Counted from the first letter of the stretch, positions 18,194 through 27,572 are shown. The stretch: DNA of 64,000 bases from Tissierellales bacterium (GCA_028280805.1 JANQLB010000053.1:1372-65371), one strand, 5' to 3'. A program made the numbers and translations. The notes: generated from the sequence alone by a model not told the origin.

Positions 18194-18286
18194 TATATTA
18201 ATTCCTTCTTCTCTAGTATATATAGTACAATAAATCCAACTATAATAAAGACTATTGTAAATACCGCTTCATAGATTAACAACATT
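18194..18286 (-). CDS. possible 30-aa hydrophobic micro-protein (below ORF-track cutoff)
   Basis: Reads MLLIYEAVFTIVFIIVGFIVLYILEKKELI, one TM helix plus a charged tail. SD GAGGTG lies 8 nt upstream of the ATG. There is no other support. Confidence 0.3.
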
Positions 18287-18356
18287 ATTTAACACCTCAT
18301 TTAATATTTTAAGTATAGTATTTTCATTTAGCAGAAAAATAACTACAAATATAAAG

Positions 18357-19100
18357 ATGAGGGTGATTGTTATAAAAGTATTTATAGAAATCGTAATACA
18401 GACTTTTTTAGCTTTTTTTACTCTTTTATTTATCGCTAGAATTTTAGGCAGACAGCAGGTTTCACAGCTTACATTTTATGAATACGTAAATGGAATTACA
18501 TTTGGCTCTATTGCTGCAAACTTGGCTACTGATGTCGATCAAAATACTTTTCAACATTTTATAGGCTTACTGCTATTTGGTCTTTTAACTGGTATTGTTT
18601 CATATGCCTGTTTAAAAAAAAGAAGTTTTAGAAAAGTAGTGCAAGGAGAGCCTGTCATAGTTATACAAGATGGAAAAGTATTTGAGAATAATTTAAAACG
18701 TATTAGATACAGTTTAGATGAATTAAATGTGCTGTTAAGAAATAGAGGGATCTTTTCACTGTCAGATGTAAAATATGCTTTAATAGAAATTAACGGTAAT
18801 GTAAGTATCATAAAAAAGCAGGATAAAATGAATGTTACAACTGGAGATTTAGGAATTGTAGGTAAAGATGAATCTCTAGAGACTGAAATTATCATAGGTG
18901 GTCAAATAATATACGAAAACTTAAGAGAGAAAAATATACCCGGAAAAGAACTTTTAAATATGCTAAAACCTTTTGGAGTAAAACGGATTGATGAGGTATC
19001 ATTTGCTTCTATAGATCAAAATAATAAAATATATGTTGATAAGTATGATGATGATATTGATAAACCATTAGATATTAGTGAAAACAATGATAATATCTAA
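18357..19100 (+). CDS. DUF421 (YetF/YdfS-type) membrane protein
   Basis: LLFIARILGRQQVSQLTFYEYVNGITFGSIAA is characteristic of DUF421. The start codon is uncertain because there is no clear SD. Confidence 0.75.
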   Translation: MRVIVIKVFIEIVIQTFLAFFTLLFIARILGRQQVSQLTFYEYVNGITFGSIAANLATDVDQNTFQHFIGLLLFGLLTGIVSYACLKKRSFRKVVQGEPVIVIQDGKVFENNLKRIRYSLDELNVLLRNRGIFSLSDVKYALIEINGNVSIIKKQDKMNVTTGDLGIVGKDESLETEIIIGGQIIYENLREKNIPGKELLNMLKPFGVKRIDEVSFASIDQNNKIYVDKYDDDIDKPLDISENNDNI

Positions 19101-19106
19101 TTGATA

Positions 19107-19143
19107 TAAGGATGACGGTTTATACGTCATCCTTAGTTTTTTT
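19107..19143. terminator. bidirectional intrinsic terminator
   Basis: TAAGGATGACG..loop..CGTCATCCTTA is followed by GTTTTTTTTG. It overlaps the stop of the convergent gene at 19133. Confidence 0.7.
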
Positions 19144-20068
19144 GTAATTCATTTTTTTCTAATAAGATTTTAATGTTTCTGGGAATAGCGTTTATCCATT
19201 CGTGCATACCTAAAAATTTCACTTTCTTTTTCATAGCATTAGGAAACTCTTTAATTGATTTTCCGGAGAGAAGTAAATCAGTTTCTATTTCATCAAATTC
19301 AATCGGACCAATAACATTATCTATATAATCCTTGTTTTCAGGGCAGATATTTTGACACATCAAACAATCATAAATACAATGATGTACTGATTTAGGCAGC
19401 CACTTGGGAAAATCTCTTGGAGATTCATTAAAATAAGATAAACAGCGTTCATTATTGATTAAAAACCTATCTTTTATAATTGCACCTGTAGGACAATTGT
19501 TTAAGCATGCTTTACAATTACTGCAATTATCCATCTGACTGACTTCATACCAGTTATCATCTACACATGGTATATCAGTTAAATATGCTGTCAAAGTTAA
19601 AAAACTACCCATTCCATCAACATAACAAATATTATTTCGCCCATATTGTGCTAACCCGCTTCTCACTGCTAAACGCTTTAGAGGTAGTCGTCCGGCACTT
19701 TTAATTTGGTATCCTTTTGATTTTAATAACTTAGTAAGATATTGTTTAGTAGCAGCAGGTGCATCTTTTTTACCAATATAAGCACGGGCAAGACTAATCA
19801 ATTGAACTTTTTTACCTTCTAAATTAAAGGTTACTTTTGCATATGAGGGAGTAGGTGATGCAATTATTATAATAGAACGTACCTGAAAATCAGTATTCGG
19901 GAGCTTAAAATTATAAATTTTATCTGTAATAAAGTTTTGGAATCTATTTAAATCTTCATTATTTTTAAAGTTTTCAATATCATTTTTTAAATCTTCTAGT
20001 CGCTCAATGGGAATAACTTGACATCTGTCACCGTTTATTAGTATTTGTTTTTTAAGTAGTTCGACCAT
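19133..20068 (-). CDS. QueG/reductive-dehalogenase-superfamily 2x[4Fe-4S] protein (epoxyqueuosine reductase-like)
   Basis: CSNCKACLNNCPTGAI and CLMCQNICPENK motifs, GLAQYGRNN and INNERCLSYF as in QueG. At 311 aa it is shorter than canonical QueG. Confidence 0.6.
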   Translation of the reverse strand: MVELLKKQILINGDRCQVIPIERLEDLKNDIENFKNNEDLNRFQNFITDKIYNFKLPNTDFQVRSIIIIASPTPSYAKVTFNLEGKKVQLISLARAYIGKKDAPAATKQYLTKLLKSKGYQIKSAGRLPLKRLAVRSGLAQYGRNNICYVDGMGSFLTLTAYLTDIPCVDDNWYEVSQMDNCSNCKACLNNCPTGAIIKDRFLINNERCLSYFNESPRDFPKWLPKSVHHCIYDCLMCQNICPENKDYIDNVIGPIEFDEIETDLLLSGKSIKEFPNAMKKKVKFLGMHEWINAIPRNIKILLEKNELQKN

Positions 20069-20116
20069 TTAATTTACCTCCTGATAATAAATTTATTTAA
20101 GTATACCATATATAGT

Positions 20117-20132
20117 TGACATATGTATGTCA
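20117..20132. promoter_or_regulatory. 7-2-7 palindrome TGACATA-TG-TATGTCA in a divergent promoter region
   Basis: Perfect 7-nt arms overlapping a TTGACA hexamer. Candidate operator; the binding protein is unknown. Confidence 0.25.
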
Positions 20133-20283
20133 TATATAAAGTAAAACTTTATAGACAAGAGGATGTATTTCATATTAAGCATTTTATCTTTATTTCTTAT
20201 AATTTTTCATTTGATTACCTACTTAATTTAAAATATAATCAAATAGAAAGATATTAATAATCTATTGATAGGGGGAATAGATA

Positions 20284-21111
20284 ATGAAAACAAAAGAAAT
20301 TCTAGATATTGCGTTAAAATTGGCTGAATTAAAAGAAGCTCCGGCTGATTCAGGAATAATTGTAGAAGGTGAAAACATTAAAAAAGTGGCAATGGGTGTA
20401 GATATGGAGCTTGCAGAAATGATGCTTGCAAAGAAATTAGGGGCAGATTTAGTAATCACTCACCATCCAAAGGGCGGAAGTCCTTCTGTTAATGCATATA
20501 AGGTAATGGATGACCATATTGACTCTTTGGTAAGAGCCGGAGTACCTATTAATAAAGCTCAAAAGGCTTTAACGGAAAAAAAGGAACAAGTAGAAAGAAG
20601 ACTTCATGTTTCTAACTACGATAGAGTTGTATCTGGAGCTAAGTTATTAAATATGCCTTTCATGGCAGTTCATACACCAACAGATATCTTGGCAGAACGT
20701 AAAGTTCAAAAAGTTATGGACAAAAAGGTTAACTGTAATCCAAAAGCAACTATACAAGATGTGATAGATGCCTTGGAAACTCTTCCGGAATATCAAAAAA
20801 CATTAGCTAAACCTGTAGTTAGAGTTGGAGATAAAGATAACTATGCGGGAAGAGTATTTGTAACTATGCATGGAGGTACAGGCGGGGGTATAAATGTAAA
20901 TAAAGCTTACTTTGAAGCAGGAGTAGGAACGTTAGTAGTTATGCACATGCCTGAAGAAACAATTAAGGTTATTAAAGAACAGAATGTTGGTAATGTTGTA
21001 GTTGCAGGACATATGGCCAGTGATTCTGTAGGAATTAATCAATTTGCTGATGCTTTAGAAAAAAAAGGACTTGAGGTTATTAGAATGAGTGGTTTAATTA
21101 ATCCAAAATAA
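20284..21111 (+). CDS. NIF3 (DUF34) family dinuclear-metal protein
   Basis: GADLVITHHP and AGHMASD motifs typical of NIF3/YbgI-like proteins. SD GGGGGAA. Confidence 0.7.
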   Translation: MKTKEILDIALKLAELKEAPADSGIIVEGENIKKVAMGVDMELAEMMLAKKLGADLVITHHPKGGSPSVNAYKVMDDHIDSLVRAGVPINKAQKALTEKKEQVERRLHVSNYDRVVSGAKLLNMPFMAVHTPTDILAERKVQKVMDKKVNCNPKATIQDVIDALETLPEYQKTLAKPVVRVGDKDNYAGRVFVTMHGGTGGGINVNKAYFEAGVGTLVVMHMPEETIKVIKEQNVGNVVVAGHMASDSVGINQFADALEKKGLEVIRMSGLINPK

Positions 21112-21172
21112 TAACCAGTTTATCAAAAATATTTTATAAACTCTTTTATATCTAATTTTAGGGGGACTTTAA

Positions 21173-22063
21173 ATGAAGAAACTTATTTTTACTATACTCA
21201 TTATCGCAGCTGTTTTTATTATCTGGATAGGAGTAAATTATTTGAATCCAAGCCTAGATGTTACATCTGAGTATTCAAACGGTAAAATTACAACAGATGT
21301 GAAAGCAAAAGACGCTGAGAATATCAAATCTACAGAATTTAGATACATAACATATTATCTTGATCAGTATGTGGATGTTAAGCCGTCAGTAGTAACACAT
21401 TCATTCCCAAATTATGAAGAGAATCATATATATGAAATAAGAGAAGAGTTATTTTTAGGAAAAAAAGACCATATTGAAGTTGAAGTTGTTATAATCTATG
21501 ATGATAGAACTGAGGAAATAATAGGAAATGCAGTCATTAAAAACATTAAACAAAAATTATATAATGATGTTGTAGTTGAGCCGGAAATAGCAGAAGATAA
21601 AGTTTATTATCATGCAGAAGGTCTTACAGCGGCTATTAGTAAGGACTCCTATGATGAAGAAATTATATTCTATTCTGACCCGAATATAGACATTCCCAAC
21701 ATTGCAATAGGTTTTCACAAAGATTATGCTATATATCCTTTAAATTTTTTTGGTGTCATATCCGAGAAAGAGGCATCGGAAATGAATTTCTTAGGAATGT
21801 CAACTGTAGAATTTACAAAAAACCCGGATGTGGACGAATCTTATATTGTGGTTGAGTACAGCATGATTGAATTTATATGGGACGGTCTTTACCCATATGA
21901 CTTGGATGGAAATGAAGTACTTTTTGAAAATACACATAGCGATATAAACTTCAATCTTCTTACTATAGACGGTAAAATCACTGAAGTTGCAAAGGTCAGT
22001 ATTGAAAAATATAATCAGATGCAAAATAAAATGCCAAACATAACATTTAATATCTCTAAATAA
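21173..22063 (+). CDS. hypothetical membrane-anchored protein
   Basis: N-terminal TM anchor (LIFTILIIAAVFIIWIG), SD AGGGGGA, no recognisable family. Confidence 0.6.
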   Translation: MKKLIFTILIIAAVFIIWIGVNYLNPSLDVTSEYSNGKITTDVKAKDAENIKSTEFRYITYYLDQYVDVKPSVVTHSFPNYEENHIYEIREELFLGKKDHIEVEVVIIYDDRTEEIIGNAVIKNIKQKLYNDVVVEPEIAEDKVYYHAEGLTAAISKDSYDEEIIFYSDPNIDIPNIAIGFHKDYAIYPLNFFGVISEKEASEMNFLGMSTVEFTKNPDVDESYIVVEYSMIEFIWDGLYPYDLDGNEVLFENTHSDINFNLLTIDGKITEVAKVSIEKYNQMQNKMPNITFNISK

Positions 22064-22125
22064 TATCTTAATACTTTTGAGCAGTTTTTAACTGGTAACT
22101 AAAAATTCTTCTGAAATTTTCTATG

Positions 22126-22172
22126 CTTGATATTTATATTAGGTGGATTTTTAACCTAATATAAATATCAAG
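22126..22172. repeat. perfect 19-bp-stem inverted repeat
   Basis: CTTGATATTTATATTAGGT - ggattttta - ACCTAATATAAATATCAAG. It lies 63 nt downstream of the preceding CDS with no adjacent U-tract. Confidence 0.8.
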
Positions 22173-22423
22173 TGTTAAATATCTTTGTTAATTCAATTTC
22201 TCTTGGAGTCTCAATTATAACATCCTCTTTTCTGAATTTTTATAAGTTAACTTAAATATTTTAATTATTTACAATAGATTAAGTTATATACTTAATAAAA
22301 TAAAATTTACTTATTTACTCAAAAATATTTTGACTCTTAAACACATTTTACGGGGTAGTGAATATTATAAAGTAAGATAGTAGTAGAGTAAGTATAAGTA
22401 AGTGATAAAGAGGAGGTATATTA

Positions 22424-22627
22424 ATGATTGAGAATACGCCTGCATCTGCAGATAAATCCTTGTGTTGTAATCCAGGTGAAAGGTCAACTTTACTGTTTTT
22501 CTTTTTATTATTAGTAGTACTGTTCCGTGGACCAATGTATGGATTATTTAATAATGATACTGAGTTGCTTTTCTTCTTTTTATTATTAGTTATCCTATTT
22601 GGTTCTCCATACTTTATTTTCTTTTAA
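22424..22627 (+). CDS. tiny hydrophobic protein with internal tandem duplication (YjcZ-like sporulation micro-protein?)
   Basis: Strong SD AGAGGAGG. The two repeats are STLLFFFLLLVVLFRGP and TELLFFFLLLVILFGSP. Its neighbour is sspH. Confidence 0.6.
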   Translation: MIENTPASADKSLCCNPGERSTLLFFFLLLVVLFRGPMYGLFNNDTELLFFFLLLVILFGSPYFIFF

Positions 22628-22649
22628 TAAAATTCACTTGTAAAATAAC

Positions 22650-22830
22650 TAAAAAATCGAGTAAGCTCGATTCCACTAGGGAAACACAGTTTCCCTTCAA
22701 GGGTCAATAAAGCATGCACCTGAGCATCTTTTTTAATAGGTGATGAAATTTTGTCACCTAAATCTCTACTTTTTTGCTGCTTAAATTATTTTCTTTAAAT
22801 CTAAGCTCAGGTGTTTGTAATAATTATAGA
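22650..22830 (-). ncRNA. candidate structured small RNA (family unknown)
   Basis: Minus strand has a 9-bp closing helix CACCTGAGC/GCTCAGGTG (22717-22725 with 22805-22813) and hairpins AGGTGA/TCACCT and AGGGAAAC/GTTTCCCT. It ends in the terminator ATCGAG-cuua-CUCGAU plus UUUUU (22651-22671). No ORF. Confidence 0.35.
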
Positions 22831-22858
22831 TATAATTTACAATTAACTTTTTTAGCAA

Positions 22859-22896
22859 TAAAAAAGTCAATCATTAAAGCTTGATTGACTTTTTTT
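22859..22896. terminator. bidirectional intrinsic terminator downstream of sspH
   Basis: AGTCAATCA..TTGATTGACT is flanked by an A-run and a T-run. Confidence 0.7.
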
Positions 22897-22904
22897 ACAG
22901 TTTA

Positions 22905-23099
22905 TTACATTGTCATAAATTCATCTATTTCAACTAAATCCTCTACCGGTGCTTCAATTATAGTATTGTTAAACATATCTTTTACCTGTACTGTATTATT
23001 CTCCTTATTAATACTTTCCAACCACACAGGGCTGTTATTATATGATACATTAATTTTCATTGGAGAATTTATAATCTGCTCTGCCCTTTCTATAATCAC
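22905..23099 (-). CDS. sspH: small acid-soluble spore protein, H type
   Basis: RAEQIINSPMKINVSYNNSPVWLESINKENNTVQVKDM matches the SspH family pattern. GTG start 6 nt after AAGGAGGTG; the ORF-track start at 23108 lies inside the SD. Confidence 0.8.
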   Translation of the reverse strand: MIIERAEQIINSPMKINVSYNNSPVWLESINKENNTVQVKDMFNNTIIEAPVEDLVEIDEFMTM

Positions 23100-23164
23100 G
23101 TAAAACACCTCCTTGGTTATATTGTTGATAATTTCTATAATAATTATTCTTATTTCAAAATGAC

Positions 23165-23196
23165 TAAAATAAAAGAGTACAATATCTTGTACCCTT
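23165..23196 (-). terminator. intrinsic terminator after the thioredoxin-like gene
   Basis: Minus strand GGTACAA-gata-TTGTAC is followed by TCTTTTATTTT. Confidence 0.5.
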
Positions 23197-23205
23197 TTAT
23201 AATCG

Positions 23206-23445
23206 TTATTTGTAATTTTCCATAATTTCTTTTATCTCTTTTACAGTTGCTACTCTTCCTTTTATAATTACCTTTTCATCTACTACTAATGCAGGAGTTT
23301 TCATTACCCCGTATTTCATAATGTCTTTAAAGTCTTGTACCTTTTCTATAACTGCGTTAAGTTCTAGTTCTTCTACAGCTTTTTTAGTGTTTTCCTCAAG
23401 TTTTTTACAACTATAACATCCTGAACCTAATATTTTTATAATCAT
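23206..23445 (-). CDS. thioredoxin-fold redox-active disulfide protein 2 family
   Basis: 79 aa. IKILGSGCYSCKKLEEN carries the CxxC motif. Typical partner of DUF318 permeases. Confidence 0.8.
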   Translation of the reverse strand: MIIKILGSGCYSCKKLEENTKKAVEELELNAVIEKVQDFKDIMKYGVMKTPALVVDEKVIIKGRVATVKEIKEIMENYK

Positions 23446-23466
23446 TTAAATCTCTCCTTAATTTTT

Positions 23467-24462
23467 TTATATTAATATGTGTGCAACTAAATTAAATAAA
23501 TATCCAACTAATATAATAGCTATAGATGTGATAGCAACAAAATAAATAATAAGCTTTGGCTTTATTACTTTTCTTAGAAGAATAACTTCCGGTAAAGATA
23601 ATGCGGTAGTTGCCATCATAAATGACATAGCAGTACCTAATCCTACTCCCTTTGAAATTAAAGCTTCAGCTATTGGTATTGTACCTAAAATATTTGAATA
23701 TAAAGGCACAGCTATAATTGTTGCAACAATAACAGATAAGGGATTATCAGGTCCTGCATATTTAGAAAGTATCTGCTCCGGAGCCCATCCATAAATAAAA
23801 GCTCCAATTCCAATACCAAGTATTAAAAATAACCAAATTCGCTTTATTATATTTTTAACATTTTCAACAGCAAAATTAATTCTTTGCTTGTTATTTAAGT
23901 TTTCTACATCTTCTTGTTCTATGTTAATCTCATAGACATATTGTTCAACTTCTTTTTCAAGTTTTAACTTTCCAATTATTAGACCTCCAACAACACCTAC
24001 AAGAACACCAGTAAGTACATAAAGAACAGCTAATTTCCATCCAAATGATGCCAGCAAAACTGCAAAGGCAGCTTCATGAACTATGGGTGAAGTTATTAAA
24101 AATGAGAAAGTTACCCCCAGAGGAACTCCTGATTCTACAAAACCAATAAAAATAGGTACTGATGAACATGAACAAAAAGGCGTCACAATACCTAATAACG
24201 AAGCTATAATATTTCCAGTTATACCTTTAAATCTGCTTAATATCTTTTTAGTTCTCTCTGGTGGAAAATAACTCCTGATATAGGATATTATAAATATCAT
24301 TACTCCCAGTAAGATTAATATCTTTATGCTACTATATATAAAAAAATGTACGCTAGAACCTAGTTGAGTTGTTACTGAAATTCCAAGCCAGTCTCTTATT
24401 ATAATCTCAACCAGATTATTTAACCATGTGAATTTGAGTAAATCATTAATCCAATTTAACAT
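23467..24462 (-). CDS. DUF318/ArsP-like permease
   Basis: 331 aa polytopic protein with the conserved FCSCSSVP motif. Confidence 0.8.
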   Translation of the reverse strand: MLNWINDLLKFTWLNNLVEIIIRDWLGISVTTQLGSSVHFFIYSSIKILILLGVMIFIISYIRSYFPPERTKKILSRFKGITGNIIASLLGIVTPFCSCSSVPIFIGFVESGVPLGVTFSFLITSPIVHEAAFAVLLASFGWKLAVLYVLTGVLVGVVGGLIIGKLKLEKEVEQYVYEINIEQEDVENLNNKQRINFAVENVKNIIKRIWLFLILGIGIGAFIYGWAPEQILSKYAGPDNPLSVIVATIIAVPLYSNILGTIPIAEALISKGVGLGTAMSFMMATTALSLPEVILLRKVIKPKLIIYFVAITSIAIILVGYLFNLVAHILI

Positions 24463-24466
24463 TTCA

Positions 24467-24775
24467 TCAACTCCTAATTTCTTGCTGTAAAGTTATAATA
24501 TCGTCCATAATAATTTGATGAACTATTTTTACTAAATCAAGAACGCTTTTATTTCTTATACTATAATTTATTCTTGAACCATCTCTTGTTTTTTCTAAAA
24601 TATGAGCATCTGTCAATATCTTTAAATGCTGAGACAGATTTGACTGGCTAAATTCTATATCCTCATTCAGTTCACAAACACATAATGTCTCTAAGGACAA
24701 TTTTTTTACTATCTTAAGTCTTATTGGATGAGCTAAAGCCTTAAGAAAGTTAACTTCCATGTTCTCAATATTCAC
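24467..24775 (-). CDS. ArsR/SmtB-family transcriptional regulator
   Basis: LKALAHPIRLKIV..LCVCEL..SQSNLSQHLKIL is the wHTH with a CxC metal or redox site. Confidence 0.88.
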   Translation of the reverse strand: MNIENMEVNFLKALAHPIRLKIVKKLSLETLCVCELNEDIEFSQSNLSQHLKILTDAHILEKTRDGSRINYSIRNKSVLDLVKIVHQIIMDDIITLQQEIRS

Positions 24776-24803
24776 AACTCTACCCTCCTAATATGATCAC
24801 ATA

Positions 24804-24813
24804 AGAATATTCT
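24804..24813. promoter_or_regulatory. AGAATATTCT palindrome (candidate ArsR operator)
   Basis: Perfect 10-bp palindrome about 30 nt upstream of the arsR-like start. A related half-site ATAATATTCT lies at 24828-24837. Confidence 0.3.
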
Positions 24814-24952
24814 AATATGATAATATTATAATATTCTTTTATTGTTTTTTTGTCAACAGTTTTTATATAGTCATTCAAGTTTTAATCTTACTAATAGACT
24901 TATATATATGTTTCGTGTATATTTTTTGTTCTAAATTTAAGTGTCTAAATAT

Positions 24953-25000
24953 ATAACAAAAAACTCCTTGGTTTAATATTATTCTTTACCAAGGAGTTTT
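24953..25000 (-). terminator. intrinsic terminator of the MCP gene
   Basis: Minus strand AAAACTCCTTGGT..loop..ACCAAGGAGTTTT is followed by TTGT. Confidence 0.7.
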
Positions 25001-25033
25001 CTAAAACTTAATAATCTTAATTATTTACTACTC

Positions 25034-27184
25034 TTAATATTTAAATTTACTTAATTCTTCATCTAATGAATGAGCAAGATTGCTTAGTTCTTCTATTGAG
25101 CTTAATACATTATATAATGGCTGAATCTGTTCTTCTACAGAACTTGAAACCTGTTGTGATGAAGATGCTGTTTCTTCTGAAATTGCTGATACATTTTCAA
25201 TTGAGCCAATCATATTATTTTTAGTTTTCATCATAACTTGCAGGAATAAATCAATTTCTTCTATATTTGTAATTATATCTTTAACTGATACAGATATATT
25301 TCCAAAAGCTTGACGGGTATTTACCACGGATTTAGTCTGTACATCAGACCTATCTTCTACATTATGTACTAAAGTAACAGTATTCTTTGTTTCCTGCTCA
25401 ACATTATTAATTATACTTCTAATATCTTTAGTAGAATTTTCTGATTGCTCAGCAAGCTGTCTAATTTCATCTGCTACTACTGCAAAGCCTCTGCCGGCAT
25501 CTCCTGCTCTGGCAGCCTCTATAGAAGCATTTAAAGCAAGTAGATTCGTTCTGTCTGCTATATCTGAAATAGTTTTTAGTATTACTTTAATATTACTTGT
25601 TTTATCAGCAAGAGAGGTAATAGCTTCACCTATTTTTTTAACACTTTCATTATTTAATTCATTACTGTTTTCTAATTCTTTTAAAGTTTCTAAACCTTTA
25701 TTATTCACTTTATTAACTTCTAATGCCTTTTTCTGCATATTTTCAGACTTGGAAGCCAGCTCTAAGAATTTGTCATTTAATTCTTTAGTTAAAGATACTG
25801 CATTTTCAACTTCTTGTGCCTGATGTGCAGAACCTTGGGCAATATTTCCAACAGTTTTGGATATCCCATCAAATGTTTCTATAGTACTTCTTGAAACCTG
25901 TTTAAGTTCTTTTGATGATGAACTTAGATTGTTACTTACATGTTTTGATTCTTTAATTAGATGACCTAAGCTTTCAGTCATTATATTTACATTTTCTGAT
26001 AAAGATTTAATTTCGTTCTTAGTTTTAATATTTATTTTTACTGATAGGTCACCTTGAGAAATTTTAGCAATGTCCTTTGCTATGTTTTGTATTGGTTTGG
26101 CAAATTTATTAGCACCAAAGTAACTGGTTATTGAAGCTAATAATAATATTATTAAAACAATTATAATTGTGTAGACAGCCATATCAGTTATGGGCTGAGT
26201 TATTTCATCTTTTTGTCCTTCCGTTACTATTACCCATCCTGTTTGGTCGATAATATCGTAAGAAGCTATTTTTTCTTCATTATTATATGTATATTGTACA
26301 ACATCTCTTATTACTTCTTCGTTATTTTTTACTTTTGTAACAATCTCTTGTATTATATCGTTAGTAATAGGCATTCCTATTTTTTTTTCATTGCGATGAG
26401 TAATTATGTTTTCATTTTCATCTACCATATATGAGTAAATACTATCTCTATCATTTACTTTGAATTCGTTTACATACACTGCTATGGAATCTAGTTCTAC
26501 AGCATTACCAATCATTCCTATAATACTTGAATATTCATCATAAACCGGAGCAGTAACTATTATTACCCTATTTTCACTTCCTCTAGAAATTAATACATCA
26601 CTAATGGTTTGACGCTGCTGTCTTATAGTAGGCTCATAATATTTTTCATCTTTTACAGATTGTCCTACTAACTCAGGAATACTGCATGATACAATTTCAC
26701 CCTCTTTATCAGCTACAAAAATGTGGTCTAGATTTAGGGTTAAAGCAACCTCTTTATTTAGTTTAAAATTAAAGGAGCTTGTAGCTATATCCCATTTATC
26801 ACTGCCTTTAGCATACATCTTTAAAATATTAAAAACCTGGTCATGATCAACAAATTTTAATGCTGCTACCTTTTCTTTTTCCAGTAGAGAACTGATAGCA
26901 TTTTTTTGACCTTCTACAGCAGCACTAAGCATGTTTTTACTCTCATTAGTAAGTAAATCTCTAACCTGAATAAATGTAATCATACTTGTTGATAATATAG
27001 TAACTAAAATAAGAAGTATAGCGTAAAATACCAGTTCACTTTTTATGGACCTTTTATTAAGCTTAGTCCTTAGGTTTAGTGAGTTATTTTTCTTTTTTAT
27101 GTTATTCTGTTTGGAAAAAATTTTTTTCTTATTATTTCTCTTTTTAATATCTTTACTCTTTTTCTTACTTATGCTCTTAAACAT
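25034..27184 (-). CDS. methyl-accepting chemotaxis protein (Cache-type sensor, HAMP, MA domain)
   Basis: 716 aa. The highly conserved signalling hairpin [37 protein letters not shown] is present. About 50 aa of Lys/Asn-rich N-terminal extension precedes TM1. Confidence 0.9.
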   Translation of the reverse strand: MFKSISKKKSKDIKKRNNKKKIFSKQNNIKKKNNSLNLRTKLNKRSIKSELVFYAILLILVTILSTSMITFIQVRDLLTNESKNMLSAAVEGQKNAISSLLEKEKVAALKFVDHDQVFNILKMYAKGSDKWDIATSSFNFKLNKEVALTLNLDHIFVADKEGEIVSCSIPELVGQSVKDEKYYEPTIRQQRQTISDVLISRGSENRVIIVTAPVYDEYSSIIGMIGNAVELDSIAVYVNEFKVNDRDSIYSYMVDENENIITHRNEKKIGMPITNDIIQEIVTKVKNNEEVIRDVVQYTYNNEEKIASYDIIDQTGWVIVTEGQKDEITQPITDMAVYTIIIVLIILLLASITSYFGANKFAKPIQNIAKDIAKISQGDLSVKINIKTKNEIKSLSENVNIMTESLGHLIKESKHVSNNLSSSSKELKQVSRSTIETFDGISKTVGNIAQGSAHQAQEVENAVSLTKELNDKFLELASKSENMQKKALEVNKVNNKGLETLKELENSNELNNESVKKIGEAITSLADKTSNIKVILKTISDIADRTNLLALNASIEAARAGDAGRGFAVVADEIRQLAEQSENSTKDIRSIINNVEQETKNTVTLVHNVEDRSDVQTKSVVNTRQAFGNISVSVKDIITNIEEIDLFLQVMMKTKNNMIGSIENVSAISEETASSSQQVSSSVEEQIQPLYNVLSSIEELSNLAHSLDEELSKFKY

Positions 27185-27502
27185 TTTATCCTCCTTGTAA
27201 TATTTATTTGCTCATTATTACTGATACATTCTCATTAGATGCTTTAACTAACAGTATTTAATAACATAACCTGCCTGTTGTAAAAAATATCATAGGATAA
27301 TTATGTAATATGAATATTTTTTTATTATGAGTTACCGTTATATAAATTAACATGTCAAATTAGTTTTATTAATATTAACATATCATAGATAAATTATTAG
27401 TTTGTTATGTGTTCATTAATTTTCACTTATGGTATTTCAATATTATACTGTATTTCTTCTTGTTTTCATTTGAATTTACATAGTTTTAACATTCTAGATA
27501 AA

Positions 27503-27537
27503 CGTATAAAAGTGGTCAGGTTGACCTGACCACTTTT
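27503..27537 (-). terminator. intrinsic terminator
   Basis: AAAAGTGGTCAGG-ttga-CCTGACCACTTTT is symmetric, with a U-tract on the minus strand. Confidence 0.75.
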
Positions 27538-27572
27538 AGGACTTACGACTTATTGTATTATCCAATTAATAT

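Noticed and set aside
22369-22405. Sporulation sigma-factor promoters (SigG/SigF/SigK-type) upstream of the tiny-protein gene, sspH and the 118-aa gene.
   Set aside because: Only partial hexamer resemblances exist (GAATA.., CATAAACTA). I could not establish the spacing and the -35 elements by eye, so they are not listed as features.
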